This document shows positions 9,462-20,120 of a DNA stretch of 64,000 nucleotides, one piece after another. Below the pieces are notes generated by a model. That model saw only the letters and a program-made list of their open reading frames with translations. It was not told where the DNA came from and did not search any database. Location of the stretch: IMG/VR virus record IMGVR_UViG_3300014664_000015, positions 1 to 64,000 of that record; one strand, given 5' to 3'. The stretch's first letter is position 1. Each line of letters begins with the position of its first letter. The DNA is from a virus. Taxonomy: Duplodnaviria; Caudoviricetes. The translations under genes and the position numbers were made by a program.

Positions 9462-10927
9462 GCTGCCAGCATCTCCTCAAGCGCATAGTTGTTATTCACC
9501 CGGACGCGCAGGCTGATAAGCTCAGTCGGCGATTTCGGACCAAAGTCATAGTTGATGTACAGCACCCCCGCCGCCATGCTCTCAGCGGTGTTAAGTTCTT
9601 CATCCAGCCAGGCGCGACCACCGAAAATGGCTCCGAGGCCGACCAGCTGGCGCATATAAGCGTTGATGGTGCCGATAATGTCGTCGGCATTCTCCCGGTC
9701 AAGCGGACGGTCAACGTATTCCAGCATCGTTTCCTGAATACTGTCCTCGATGACGTCTGCGGTTCGGCGAACCGATTCGAAGCGCCACTGTGGATCGGTA
9801 CCGCACAGACGGTTGCCCCAGTGCTTAAACCCTGCCCGGCGGATGATGGTAGAGACGTTCTGCATGTTGAGCAGATTTGCGTCGCAGTTTTCATCGCCGA
9901 GAATGAACTCGTCGATCTGTTCAACCCCGAGGATGTTATTGATGTCCTGGTTGGATTTACTCCACCACCAGCCCTTCTCAAAGTCGATTCGGGCACGCAA
10001 CCCCGCCGCAAACGCAGAGTAAGGACGATAGACCAGCTGGCCGTCGGCATTGCTGACCTGAACGCGCGGGCGCAGTAGTTCGGTGCGGGTACCATAGGAC
10101 TGTCTGCGCTGGACCACTTCCTGTAGTGTCGCACCGGATTCGCAGTCAACATACGCCACCGCCCGCAGCTTGCCGGCGATGGTTTCCAGAGCTTTGCCCA
10201 CGGCATCATCCTCACTGAACCCCGGCGCGATAACGATACGGGGCTGGTATGTTGTCACGGAGCGAGCAGATGACAGCGCGCCGATCCCGGTCAGCACCGC
10301 CGCACGCTGTTTCGCTGTATCGTTAACTTCAGCCACACGTACCACCACCGTCAGGGCATTTCGCTGATCGTTGATTTCCATCAGGGCCTGCTTCAGCGTG
10401 CCTTTTTCACCGAGCCGGGAAAGCATCGAGGTACCGACAATCGCCACAGGAGTATTCAGCGGGAAAGGTTCATCTTCGCCGCCTGCCAGCTGCAACCGGA
10501 ACGGTGTGACCACGCCACTCCCGCTTCCCGTTGCGGTGACTTCCACATCATCCACCGCGCCCACGGCAGTGGCCACTGCTGAAGGGGATGCCGTCAGCTT
10601 GCCCGTTTCATCGCAGCCAAGCGTGATAGTCAGCGTTAATGCCTCCGCATTCCAGGCAGCAGAAGTCTCAATCGCTGCGGGATTTTCTTCATTCGGGATG
10701 CCGGCTACAGCCTCAACCACCACCACGTTTCCTGACCTGCCAGCAACTGTCGCGGCAAAATCCACAACATTATCCAGAATCGGGGTTCCTGTACTGGCAC
10801 TCGCCGGCGTTCCGGCAGAGGCATCAGGCGCAGTACCCACCAGGCCGATAATGGCCGTCTGGATCGTCGTGACCGCGACCGTACCGGATGTCAGTTCGAT
10901 CGTTTCCACACCATGTAAATTCGCCAT
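9458..10927 (-). CDS. Contractile tail sheath protein (P2 FI-like)
   Basis: HGVE..E, FPLNTPV, WWWS.SN, GF..WGNR, FESVRRTAD motifs. Confidence 0.95.
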   Translation of the reverse strand: MANLHGVETIELTSGTVAVTTIQTAIIGLVGTAPDASAGTPASASTGTPILDNVVDFAATVAGRSGNVVVVEAVAGIPNEENPAAIETSAAWNAEALTLTITLGCDETGKLTASPSAVATAVGAVDDVEVTATGSGSGVVTPFRLQLAGGEDEPFPLNTPVAIVGTSMLSRLGEKGTLKQALMEINDQRNALTVVVRVAEVNDTAKQRAAVLTGIGALSSARSVTTYQPRIVIAPGFSEDDAVGKALETIAGKLRAVAYVDCESGATLQEVVQRRQSYGTRTELLRPRVQVSNADGQLVYRPYSAFAAGLRARIDFEKGWWWSKSNQDINNILGVEQIDEFILGDENCDANLLNMQNVSTIIRRAGFKHWGNRLCGTDPQWRFESVRRTADVIEDSIQETMLEYVDRPLDRENADDIIGTINAYMRQLVGLGAIFGGRAWLDEELNTAESMAAGVLYINYDFGPKSPTELISLRVRVNNNYALEEMLAA

Positions 10928-10965
10928 TTATTTTCTCCAGGCATAAAAAAACCTGCCGCGGCAGG

Positions 10966-11589
10966 TCACATTTTTTGATTGGGGGGATTCGTGGTTCCGC
11001 CGCCATCACCATTTTCTTTATGGTCATGGCCGTTGTAGGTTTCGCGAATCCCGCTCATTTTCCCGGTACCGTCAGAAATTTCCTGTGTTGCACCGATGTT
11101 TCCCTTCACATTCGTGTCGGAATTGATTTGCGTAACGCCCTGGACTGTGAGGGTGTCGGTGATTTCCACCGGACCATCGAGCGTTCCCTTTCCGATAATT
11201 TTGTAGGTCCCGCCCTCCGCCAGCGTGATGGTCAGGGCATGCGCGGCGCGGTCATACCGGATCTCGGTACCGTCACCGTAGCGGGTGATATGTTCGCTGT
11301 CGCTTCCCTCCGGTACCGGCAGACCGCCGGTATTCCAGCCGGGAAACACCCGGCCATTATTAAGCTCGCCCGCCTCCGACAGCACAGTGACCGCATCCCC
11401 GACCGCATACGGATTGGAGTCAGCCCGGTTTGCCCCGGAGAAGCCCTGGCAAAGCGGCAGCCAGGTAGTGGTGATGTCGCCCAGATCCACCCGGCACTTC
11501 GGTATACCGTCATGCTTAACGGAATGAATAACCCCGCGCCGCACAATATTCGCCAGGCGACGCTGTAAATCGCCCTCAATATCACTCAT
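10966..11589 (-). CDS. Baseplate spike protein V
   Basis: RVDLGD.TT.WLP, VLSE.GEL..G, Y.DG..I.YD; terminal H.H metal motif. Confidence 0.92.
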   Translation of the reverse strand: MSDIEGDLQRRLANIVRRGVIHSVKHDGIPKCRVDLGDITTTWLPLCQGFSGANRADSNPYAVGDAVTVLSEAGELNNGRVFPGWNTGGLPVPEGSDSEHITRYGDGTEIRYDRAAHALTITLAEGGTYKIIGKGTLDGPVEITDTLTVQGVTQINSDTNVKGNIGATQEISDGTGKMSGIRETYNGHDHKENGDGGGTTNPPNQKM

Positions 11590-12136
11590 CGCGTTTCGCC
11601 TCGTAAATCAGCTGATAATCGTCCACATGCGCGCGCCCGATATCCGGAGCCTTACCAAGCCAGACGCCGTTCAGCGGAGAATTAATCTGCGCAAACGGAT
11701 CCGCACCAAAGGCTGCTGATTGTGTGAAGGAGAGCCGCCAGACCAGGTAATCATCCATGCGCGGATCAAACTCATCGCGTGACGCATCGATAAAGACGGC
11801 TGGCTCAAGACTGGTCAGGCCGAACTGCTGGCCGTCAATCCACTGAGTGATATCCGCCGCCGCCGTGCGCAGGAAAATTTCGGGTCGGCTGACGCCAGCG
11901 CCTGCCGCGTCCACCACAACGAACAAATCGCAGGACAGATTCACATTAAGCTGTCCCTCGTTGCCGCCGCCCTGCTCCCAGCCGTTAATGGAGAAATAGA
12001 CCGCCGGGGTGGCCAGCCCGGTAAAGCGGGGCACGTTTTTTTCCGGGTAGGCATCGGCGTCACGCACCCACGCAATTTTTTTCAGCGCGCCGGTGACAGC
12101 ATCGTGATACTGCCCCAGCAGTAATGGCTCAGCCAT
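11582..12136 (-). CDS. Putative tail terminator / neck protein
   Basis: 184 aa between Z-like and spike genes; assigned mainly by position. Confidence 0.55.
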   Translation of the reverse strand: MAEPLLLGQYHDAVTGALKKIAWVRDADAYPEKNVPRFTGLATPAVYFSINGWEQGGGNEGQLNVNLSCDLFVVVDAAGAGVSRPEIFLRTAAADITQWIDGQQFGLTSLEPAVFIDASRDEFDPRMDDYLVWRLSFTQSAAFGADPFAQINSPLNGVWLGKAPDIGRAHVDDYQLIYEAKRDE

Positions 12137-12144
12137 AGTCCACC

Positions 12145-12807
12145 TCAGACAGAAATACGGGCTTTCACACGCCCGCGCAGATCGGTTTCAAAGTGATGCA
12201 TAAAAATCTCCATCGCCTCCGCAAAGGCATTATCCTCGATGTAGTTCAGCATCGGCTCATAAATATCGACTTCCGCTTCGCGGGTACGACGGGTATCCGG
12301 ATCGCGAATAACCACCGTCCGGCGGTTTTCACGGCGGGAGCGCGCCACTTCCCCGTTTTCAAATGTGCGCGGGGATAGCAGGCTGCCCTTTGGGGTGAAT
12401 CCGGCGTTTTCTGCCTGGCGCCGCGCCTTTATATACCACCCGGTGGATTTATCCCGCCGGGTATGGTGAGGCCTGACCCGCCCGTTAATCCTGCCTTTCA
12501 GGTCTTTTACCTTGATGGCATTGAGACCAAACCAGAGACGAAAATTATCCAGTTGTGACTGAGAAGCGCGCTCAAGACGAAAGGAAAGCAGACGCCGGCG
12601 CACCAGATCCAGGCTGCGCGGCGCCAGCCCGTCTTTCAGGTCAGCCATCGCTTTTTTACGTAAGGTAGCGGCGGTACGCTTCAGCGCACGGGAATACGCT
12701 GCCCGAAACTGTTTATGGGTGGCACCGATGTGCTCCGCTATCCGCCAGATGGCATCCACATCGATATCGACGGGCAAATCCCGCCGCAGTCTGGACTCAC
12801 GCGCCAT
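12145..12807 (-). CDS. Minor tail / tail completion protein (lambda Z-like); start moved to MARESR
   Basis: Very basic; AA.SRAL.RTA motif; ATG follows the upstream stop. Confidence 0.65.
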   Translation of the reverse strand: MARESRLRRDLPVDIDVDAIWRIAEHIGATHKQFRAAYSRALKRTAATLRKKAMADLKDGLAPRSLDLVRRRLLSFRLERASQSQLDNFRLWFGLNAIKVKDLKGRINGRVRPHHTRRDKSTGWYIKARRQAENAGFTPKGSLLSPRTFENGEVARSRRENRRTVVIRDPDTRRTREAEVDIYEPMLNYIEDNAFAEAMEIFMHHFETDLRGRVKARISV

Positions 12808-12808
12808 A

Positions 12809-13165
12809 TCAGCTCCACTTATTGATGTCCGGCTGCACCTTACCCGGTGCGCCATACGCCAGCGTGACGCGGGTGCGGCCTTCTTCATCAGCACCAATGT
12901 GCGTCACACGATAGGCCATGCCGTTGATCTCCACGCCGTGGTGCTTCTCAAGCCCCACGATATCAGCGGTCATCGCGCTGAAGGCCGGAGAGCGATCCTG
13001 AATTTGCCCCCCGCCGGGCACGTCAACCGGGGCATCAGGTGTCTCGAAAATCACAGTAACAGGACGCAACTCAGCGCCGACAGACAGGACAGCAGGCACC
13101 TCTTCGGCAAATGCCCGGGATATCCGGGCATCCGCTTTTAACAGGCGTTGTCGAAAGCGGTTCAT
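12809..13165 (-). CDS. Head-tail joining protein (FII-like)
   Basis: 118 aa; position and beta-rich I.G..YRV pattern. Confidence 0.7.
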   Translation of the reverse strand: MNRFRQRLLKADARISRAFAEEVPAVLSVGAELRPVTVIFETPDAPVDVPGGGQIQDRSPAFSAMTADIVGLEKHHGVEINGMAYRVTHIGADEEGRTRVTLAYGAPGKVQPDINKWS

Positions 13166-13500
13166 CAGTAACCAAGCCGGACCGGAACAGAATCCGCATC
13201 CGCCGCCGCCTCAGCCCAGGCCGTGCCCGCCAGAGGATTCGGAGCCGCCTCCTCACCCGCTTCCGCAGTCAGTTTACCGTCGGCCAGATAGAGCTTCTGA
13301 CCGACAGTGACCGCTTCCGCTGCCTTTGGCAGGACGAACACCCCCGTGGTATGCAGCACGCCCCACTGCCCTGCCGGGATGTCATCGTGAGCGACGCCCA
13401 CCAGTGCCCCAGAAAGCACGGCATCGCCTGAGTGAATATTGGTCGCACCGGTATTCTGAAAATCAAGAGTGTTGCCGTCCTGCTGATAGTTATTCGCCAT
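13165..13500 (-). CDS. DUF2190-family capsid decoration/cement protein
   Basis: MA.NY.QDG..L, G...GVA..DI..G..G.L...GVF motif. Confidence 0.8.
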   Translation of the reverse strand: MANNYQQDGNTLDFQNTGATNIHSGDAVLSGALVGVAHDDIPAGQWGVLHTTGVFVLPKAAEAVTVGQKLYLADGKLTAEAGEEAAPNPLAGTAWAEAAADADSVPVRLGY

Positions 13501-13572
13501 GTCTTTTCTCCATAAGAGGATAAGGCGGCCCGCGCCGCCTTCAGGGATAAAAAAACCGCCAGAAGGCGGTCG

Positions 13573-15693
13573 TTATTTCTTGGTGACTTTAACCAGACCA
13601 CGCCAGTCAAGCGGGGCCACACCCGCATCAATGCGCACCTTGAATGCGGCGCCGTCAACAGTGAAGCCCTGCTGCTGCTCCAGATACGGCGTATCAATAC
13701 CATCCAGGTACGCCACTTCAATGGTGTCGCGTCCTTTTGCAGCCGCCAGGTAATAATCAGTCGGGCTGCTGTCATCCAGTCGTGCTTCTGAAAGTACTGT
13801 GGCAAAGTTCCGGATCGGGTTCTCAATACCACTATTGGCATCTGCCCCCGGCACACTGGCGGATTTGATAAGCTGATTAGCACGGGACTCAATAGCTACC
13901 GGCGTCAACGCAAAAGCCGGACGGATATTGAGATGACGATCGCCAGATTTCTGCAACAACATCGCCTTACGTCCATCATCCAGTCCTTCAATGCTCAGGT
14001 CAGCCGCTATCAGGTTGCCATGGTCAGCATGGAACAACGGTTTGCCATCAGACATTTTCGGATTGCTGGTCAGAACTGCCCACACCAGATCGCCCACGGT
14101 CGCACGTGCCGCACCACCCATGGCATATGGGATACGGGTCAGCGTATCCATGTCATCGTTGATGATGGTCTGCCGATCGATACTAAACAGTTCGCCGTAA
14201 GTCGCCAGCGCAATGGGTTCACCACGATCTTTCATGGTGACATACTTATATTCCGCTCCGGCACGGACCTTGCGAAGGGTCGGGAAAGATTCCAGACCAG
14301 CACGATGCGCGGTTTTGAAGTCAGTCAGCGTGCCCTTACGGGTCCACTGGTCAAAGGTTTCGCTGGCTTCATCCCAGCCCAGCAGCGCGGCTTTATGCGC
14401 CACATCCATCAGGATATTGCCAAAATCGCTGCTGCTGTGAGTGAATGCCAGCCCCACCATTGCCAGTGGAGAACCGTAGCCGGAGATACCAATCCCGCGA
14501 TCCACAAGGGAAGCTCGCGCCAGCTCACGCAGGGTATAGCCGTTGTAGGCGTTATCCTTCTCGGCCTGCGCATAGCCCGCGCGGCTCATTACCGCAGCGC
14601 GAATGGAATCACCGACCAGATTGCCGTTTCCGGCGTAAAGATGAATAGCGCCAGGACCGGCACTCGGCGTAGTCCCTGCCGCCAGCGCCTGGAGGAGCCT
14701 GTCACGGGCTTTTTCCGCCGTGCAGGAGAAGTCGGCCAGACACTCCGCCTTCAGCGTCGCGAAGGTCGGGAACGCCTCAAAAACAGCGGAAACCGTGTTC
14801 ACGCGTTCCGCGTTTGCCGTCTGCATCTGCTGTTGCAGCTGCTGGGCCAGCGCAGTGATATCGATATTAGTCATCTGCTGCGCGGGCTGTTGTGGCGCTG
14901 GCGGGTTCAGGTTCGCCTGTACCGGCGCAGGCTGCTGTACCGGAGCAGGCTGCTGTGGCTGATTCACCGGAGCTTCGGCGCGCGGCGCAAAAAGAGATTT
15001 AATCTGTTCTGGCATGTTCTGGTAATCCTTCAGTTTATTTTCATTCACACAGGCCGCAGCCTGTAGTTCAGGTTCAAGCGTGTCAGCGAAACCTTTCTCC
15101 ACTGCCTCGGCCCCGTTAAGCCAGGTCTCCGCTTTCAGCATCGCTTCCAGTTCCTCCTGCCCCAGTCCGGTTTTATTTATATAGGCGCTGAGCATCAGGG
15201 CTTCGTTACGATCAAGCCATGCGGCATAATCGCGCATGTCATCAGAATCCCCGGCGATCCCGCCCCACGGTTTGTGGACCATGATCCAGGCGTTTTCCGG
15301 CATGTGCACCGTGGCGCCGGGCAGGCAGACAATCATCGAGGCCATGCTGGCCGCTACCCCGTCTACCCAGATATCCACTTTCGCTTTCAGCCGCGACAGG
15401 GTGTTGTAAATGGCAAATCCCTGCATGACATCGCCGCCGGGGCTGTGGATATGCAAATCCACCGCGCTGGCGTCAAACACTCCGGCTTCTTTACAGTCCG
15501 CGACGAACTGCTGGGCCGTGATGCCCCAGCCGCCGATCACGTCATAGAGGAAGATTTCGACGCGCCCGGCAGACAGCGCGCGGATTTCGTACCAGCACTG
15601 ACCGTTTGCCGCATCGACACCCGCCAGGCTGGCGCGGGGGTTAATCATCATCGTCCGGCTCGCGCCGATCGTCTTTTGGTTTTGCCGTTGCAT
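13573..15693 (-). CDS. ClpP-like prohead protease fused to major capsid protein; start at 15693
   Basis: IHSPGGDV..G..IYN, AASMAS, MVHKPW protease motifs, Q/P linker, capsid C-terminus; AAGGAG RBS upstream of 15693. Confidence 0.93.
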   Translation of the reverse strand: MQRQNQKTIGASRTMMINPRASLAGVDAANGQCWYEIRALSAGRVEIFLYDVIGGWGITAQQFVADCKEAGVFDASAVDLHIHSPGGDVMQGFAIYNTLSRLKAKVDIWVDGVAASMASMIVCLPGATVHMPENAWIMVHKPWGGIAGDSDDMRDYAAWLDRNEALMLSAYINKTGLGQEELEAMLKAETWLNGAEAVEKGFADTLEPELQAAACVNENKLKDYQNMPEQIKSLFAPRAEAPVNQPQQPAPVQQPAPVQANLNPPAPQQPAQQMTNIDITALAQQLQQQMQTANAERVNTVSAVFEAFPTFATLKAECLADFSCTAEKARDRLLQALAAGTTPSAGPGAIHLYAGNGNLVGDSIRAAVMSRAGYAQAEKDNAYNGYTLRELARASLVDRGIGISGYGSPLAMVGLAFTHSSSDFGNILMDVAHKAALLGWDEASETFDQWTRKGTLTDFKTAHRAGLESFPTLRKVRAGAEYKYVTMKDRGEPIALATYGELFSIDRQTIINDDMDTLTRIPYAMGGAARATVGDLVWAVLTSNPKMSDGKPLFHADHGNLIAADLSIEGLDDGRKAMLLQKSGDRHLNIRPAFALTPVAIESRANQLIKSASVPGADANSGIENPIRNFATVLSEARLDDSSPTDYYLAAAKGRDTIEVAYLDGIDTPYLEQQQGFTVDGAAFKVRIDAGVAPLDWRGLVKVTKK

Positions 15694-17161
15694 CTGGCAT
15701 CGCTCCTTTGTCGTTGGCGGCGTCAGAATCAAACACCAGCCCGTGTTGACGGTTAAACTCGGTTTCACGCAGTCGCTGGCGTTTAACCTCCTGCGGGTTT
15801 TTACCCCGCGCCCGTGCCCATTCCGCTTCGGTACCAGCACCGCCACGAACAATGGCTTTCCAGGCATTAGCCTCTTTACCCGGATCAATCCACGGCATCA
15901 CCGGGCCAAGATAAAGCGCGTTATATAGAGAATTCGGATCCACATCCGGCGGAACTTCAACGCCGCTCAGCAACGCCATCGCCAGCCATGCGCGGTAAAC
16001 GGGCCGGCTGTGCTGGCCGACAAACCACTGTTGCAGGACGTTGTACCCTTCGAAGCTCTCCACCAGCTCCTGACGCTGGGAGCTGTAGGTGCCGTTATAG
16101 TCCCGGGCAATGCTGGAATAGCTGCCGCGCGTGCCTGCGGCCACGGCCCGCATCTGTCCGTTTCGGAATTCATAGAGGTGAACATTCGGGCGATTTGATT
16201 CCACCATGCCCAGGTCTTCACCCGGGCGCAGATCGTCGTAAATCATGCCCGGGGCGATATCGTAATGACGCTGGCCGCCAGGAGGTGAAAACTCCCCGTC
16301 ATCACCAAGAGACTGCGCATCACCGCGCTTGATATAGAACCCCAGCGCGGCGGCAATACGGGCGGCGACGCGTTCACTCTCTTCATAATCCTTGATGTCA
16401 GAAAGACGGGTAATGACTCCGTGGATCAGGCTGATACCGCGCAACTGGTGCAGACGCTTGCGCTGCGCAAGGTGAAGCATGTTTTCAGCTGAGACGGTTT
16501 TAAGTTCAGCGCTGAACCGCGTCATATTTGCCGGGTGGTACTTGTAAACGCGGTAGCCGACGGGACGTCCCCAGTCGTTCACAATGATGCCCTGGCGAAC
16601 CTGCTGGCCGGCGGTGCTGTTAAGGTTGAACGGAACAAAATCCGCCTCCAGCATTTCCAGCGAGAACGGTACGGAGGTGGAATGTTGCAGACCCGGCACA
16701 TTCCCCCTGACCAGTTGCGTGAACACTTCCCCGTCACGCAGTGCTGAACGCAGCAGCAGGCGTTCGGCTTCCGGGCGGGTGAACATGCCAGTCACCTCAG
16801 GACGCACGGACCATTCAGCCCAGAGCGCCGAAAGTTTCCCGGCGAAATCGGAATGAAGATTCCCCTCCAGATCGAGGGGCTGAGGCTCAACATGGATCCC
16901 GTTGGCACCAATCACCCGGTCTTCCATTTTGTCGAACAGGCCGATCACCAGATCATGGTTTTCATCAAGCCACCGGGCCTGTTCCCGCAGGGACTGACCT
17001 GCTGCAAACACAGAGGTGTCCGCCGACTGGCTTTGCTTTTTCGCCTTGTGCAGCCGTGACGGATTTGCCGCTTCATACGCATTAAGCCGGAGACGATCCC
17101 GCTCGCGTGCCGCGGCCCACCCGGGGGAAATTGCCCTCAGTGTTCTTTCAAGAATGCCCAT
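15641..17161 (-). CDS. Portal protein, lambda family
   Basis: LREQARWLDEN, RG.S, NYSS-like TYSS.R, WIDP.KE motifs. Confidence 0.95.
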   Translation of the reverse strand: MGILERTLRAISPGWAAARERDRLRLNAYEAANPSRLHKAKKQSQSADTSVFAAGQSLREQARWLDENHDLVIGLFDKMEDRVIGANGIHVEPQPLDLEGNLHSDFAGKLSALWAEWSVRPEVTGMFTRPEAERLLLRSALRDGEVFTQLVRGNVPGLQHSTSVPFSLEMLEADFVPFNLNSTAGQQVRQGIIVNDWGRPVGYRVYKYHPANMTRFSAELKTVSAENMLHLAQRKRLHQLRGISLIHGVITRLSDIKDYEESERVAARIAAALGFYIKRGDAQSLGDDGEFSPPGGQRHYDIAPGMIYDDLRPGEDLGMVESNRPNVHLYEFRNGQMRAVAAGTRGSYSSIARDYNGTYSSQRQELVESFEGYNVLQQWFVGQHSRPVYRAWLAMALLSGVEVPPDVDPNSLYNALYLGPVMPWIDPGKEANAWKAIVRGGAGTEAEWARARGKNPQEVKRQRLRETEFNRQHGLVFDSDAANDKGAMPDATAKPKDDRREPDDDD

Positions 17162-17169
17162 AGAACGCC

Positions 17170-17385
17170 TTACAGAAAGTTAGCGAGTTTGTACGAACCA
17201 CCACGGCTGTTGACCGCGCGCCAGCGACGCTCCCAGTATTCGAGCTCATCGCGCAGCGCCTTCGGATCGTGGTTGGTAATGGCGCGACCGTTTACGCCGG
17301 TGAAAGAGATACTCTTGCCGTCCAGCGAGTCCTGGTAGGCCTGGCGTACCATCACCAGCGTTCTCCAGATGTCGTCTTTCTTCAC
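17170..17385 (-). CDS. Head completion protein (lambda gpW-like)
   Basis: 71 aa between terminase and portal; G.S.SF.G. Confidence 0.75.
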   Translation of the reverse strand: MKKDDIWRTLVMVRQAYQDSLDGKSISFTGVNGRAITNHDPKALRDELEYWERRWRAVNSRGGSYKLANFL

Positions 17386-19502
17386 AGCCAGCCTCCTCCC
17401 CTACCGGAAGATCCCAGCCAGCTGCCGGAAAGCGTGTTTTCTTTCTCAGGCTCAGCCCTGACTTGTGGCTGAACGGTTTTGTTTTTTTTCACGGTAATCT
17501 CCCTGGGGCGTTCCCCTTCATGAATATTTGGGTTGTGATCCTGCGGCTCAGCCCATGCAGGAGGTTTTTCCCAGTCGCGAATTTTTTCGTAGCCGCGCAG
17601 AACCGCGACGGCGTGGGCATAGCAGAACAGGTCAAAGGCTTCGTTGGCGCCCTTGCCTGGCTTACGCCATTTGCCATCCACGCCGCGCTCTTCGTAGGTC
17701 AGTTCCTCATAGAACCATTCCCCCAGCCAGTCGGGAAAATGGATATAGCCTGCTCCGGGAGTCTCACGATCAAGGTTATTGCTGAGCTGATCTTTGAGCA
17801 GGTCGGTTTGCAGCAGATACACCGGCACCTCGCCACGCGCATCAGCGCGACGGTCGCTGCGTTCGGTATTATTCGGGTGAGTTTTGGTAATAATTTTCTG
17901 GCGTTTTGTGCTGTCGCCCTTGATCAGATAGACACGCTTACCCAGACCATCCCGGCGACACTGGCGCCAGAATTTATAGGCATTATCTGTCACCCCTTCC
18001 TCACCGCCGCTGTCGACGGCCATGGCCAGCACCGGCATACGCCGCGTCGGATCAGACTGAAGTGCGTAAGTTTTTTCCAGCACATCGGATACAAGCAGCA
18101 GCCAGTCCTCCGGATACGCGCCGGGGTGGACTGGCTCCGCCTCGCCATGTTCATTGCAGCGCAGGGACTGGCGAATGTTGTAGCGATCCACAAGCCAGCG
18201 TTCACCGTTTTCGCCATAACCAATTATCTGCACGACGAAACGGCGCTTTTTCCCGCCCTGAACGTCGACGGCTGCCAGCAGGAAACGCACCTTCGGCGGT
18301 ACCAGGCGTTTACCGTAATCCTCCGCACGCTGCATCAGCACATCGGCGCGTCGCTGTTCGCTGGCCGAGCGCGGCAGGTACGGCAGCCCCCAGTCGGTGT
18401 TGATAACCGCCTTGAGGGTTTCTTCGCTGCCGGTAGCCTCATACTCCTGCTCAGCCGTAAGCAGTTTGTACACCAGCTGCGCCCAGGTCTGGTACGCGGC
18501 TGCGGGCCCCTCCATCCAGAACGACGCTATGCGCGAGCGTCGCGGCTCACCGGAAATCTTGCCGTCCCGGTCAATACTCTGACCTTCACGCAACCAGACA
18601 CCCACCCCGTTAAGCTCGCGCTTTTTATCTGCGGTGATAATGGTGCTGCAATGCGGACAAAGCAGATGAGCCGACTCACTGGCTTTTACCGGATCAGGTT
18701 CATCGCGGTATCCGGTCATCGCCTCCATCGCAGGCTGAAAATATTCACCACAATGCGGGCACGGCCAGTACCAGCGACGGCGATCCCCACGGTTGTACAG
18801 AGAAAGCGCGCCTGTCGTTGGTGGTGCTTCATGGGGAGACTTCCGGCGCCATTTGCTGTCGCGAATGTCCCGGCCTGGCGAACACTCCACCAGAGTCATC
18901 CCGGCGGACATAAAGGTGGTGGTACGCTTGGAAGCCAGGGTAAAACCGTCACCCTCGCCGTCGATGTCCTCAGGGAAGCGGTCATAATCGGTGAGCGCTA
19001 CACATTTGAAATCTGACGAGGACATGATGTTGATGGAAGGCCAGCCAATCTTGAGATAGTTGCCCGCCAGAAATGTACGATCATGCACGTTGTTGTCGTT
19101 TCGCAACGGGCTCAGGCGTTTCGCCACTTCAGGACTGACACGAAACGTTCTCGCCAGACGTTTTTTAGAGTGCTCACGCGCTTTCTCTTCGGTCATCTGA
19201 ACGACGAGCATATCGGACGGGTCACAGACAATGTTGTATACAACCCAGCCATCCACCAGGCCGATCGTTTTCCCCGTTCGTGCCGGTCCAACAAACACCA
19301 CCGCATCGTATTCACGCATCGCGAGGCAGTTCATCGGCTCTATCACATAGGGAGCGACAGCAGGGTCCCACGGTACCGAGTTACCGGCTCCCATAGGTAC
19401 GCGCATAAATTTTTGAACCGCCTCAGCCACAGGCATACGGCGCGGGGCTTTGAGAATGGCGGAAGCGTTACGCCTGACTTCCGCTGCCGTGGCCTGTCGC
19501 AT
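17382..19502 (-). CDS. Terminase large subunit (lambda GpA family)
   Basis: PARTGKT Walker A, LTDYD, CPHCGE, LAAVDVQ motifs. Confidence 0.96.
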   Translation of the reverse strand: MRQATAAEVRRNASAILKAPRRMPVAEAVQKFMRVPMGAGNSVPWDPAVAPYVIEPMNCLAMREYDAVVFVGPARTGKTIGLVDGWVVYNIVCDPSDMLVVQMTEEKAREHSKKRLARTFRVSPEVAKRLSPLRNDNNVHDRTFLAGNYLKIGWPSINIMSSSDFKCVALTDYDRFPEDIDGEGDGFTLASKRTTTFMSAGMTLVECSPGRDIRDSKWRRKSPHEAPPTTGALSLYNRGDRRRWYWPCPHCGEYFQPAMEAMTGYRDEPDPVKASESAHLLCPHCSTIITADKKRELNGVGVWLREGQSIDRDGKISGEPRRSRIASFWMEGPAAAYQTWAQLVYKLLTAEQEYEATGSEETLKAVINTDWGLPYLPRSASEQRRADVLMQRAEDYGKRLVPPKVRFLLAAVDVQGGKKRRFVVQIIGYGENGERWLVDRYNIRQSLRCNEHGEAEPVHPGAYPEDWLLLVSDVLEKTYALQSDPTRRMPVLAMAVDSGGEEGVTDNAYKFWRQCRRDGLGKRVYLIKGDSTKRQKIITKTHPNNTERSDRRADARGEVPVYLLQTDLLKDQLSNNLDRETPGAGYIHFPDWLGEWFYEELTYEERGVDGKWRKPGKGANEAFDLFCYAHAVAVLRGYEKIRDWEKPPAWAEPQDHNPNIHEGERPREITVKKNKTVQPQVRAEPEKENTLSGSWLGSSGRGGGWL

Positions 19503-19505
19503 GAT

Positions 19506-20009
19506 TTACTCCTCTTCTGGCATATCCTCCTGTTCTGGTGAGTCGGCCTGCTCAACTTTGAGAGCTATCTGGTCGCGCAGATCGTCAATAACCTGCTGCA
19601 CCCTGACAACTGCGGAAGGGGTCATGGCGCAGTCTCGTTCAAGAATGTCGGGTAACGTCTCCAGCACCTGAACCATTGCTTTTGCCATGGAGGAAAATTC
19701 TCTGGTGACTTCTGACGCCGGGATCAGCTCCCCTGTTTCCTGCTGAAACTTGAGCCTTTCACGCTCAGACTGAAACCAGGCTTTACGATCGGGGGGAAGC
19801 ATTTTGTCAACGTCCACCAGCTCCGACGGTGTGGTACTCGTCAGCAACTCCCTGAGGATATCGGTGATGGCATAAAGCTTAAGTTTCGGATTGCTGCCCG
19901 GTGCTGGCTGAACATTTGCAAGCTTGCTCGCGACCGTCTGGCGGTGCAGATCGGTAATGGCTGCCAGCTGCGTGATATTCAGCCGGAAATTTTTGAGTTC
20001 GTTATCCAT
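19506..20009 (-). CDS. Terminase small subunit (DUF1441-like)
   Basis: LNITQLA.ITDLHRQTV HTH; DRKAWFQSERER. Confidence 0.88.
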   Translation of the reverse strand: MDNELKNFRLNITQLAAITDLHRQTVASKLANVQPAPGSNPKLKLYAITDILRELLTSTTPSELVDVDKMLPPDRKAWFQSERERLKFQQETGELIPASEVTREFSSMAKAMVQVLETLPDILERDCAMTPSAVVRVQQVIDDLRDQIALKVEQADSPEQEDMPEEE

Positions 20010-20120
20010 GATGGTGAACAAAAAATAGTCATTTCGACATCCTGCTAATGATCAGGACTGAAATATCAAGAGGTTAAACAGATGATGATGAAACCCATAA
20101 AATGCAAAAAACTAGCCGTT

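Noticed and set aside
15694-15888. N-terminal extension of the protease-capsid ORF (similar cases at 4218-4319, 12808-12897, 46372-46539, 61756-61803)
   Set aside because: They overlap upstream genes in another frame, and better RBS/start pairs lie downstream
17463-19016. Long plus-strand ORFs (517 aa here; also 13933-15066, 3273-4241, 9443-10078)
   Set aside because: Antisense shadows of well-supported minus-strand genes, with no RBS or recognisable motifs
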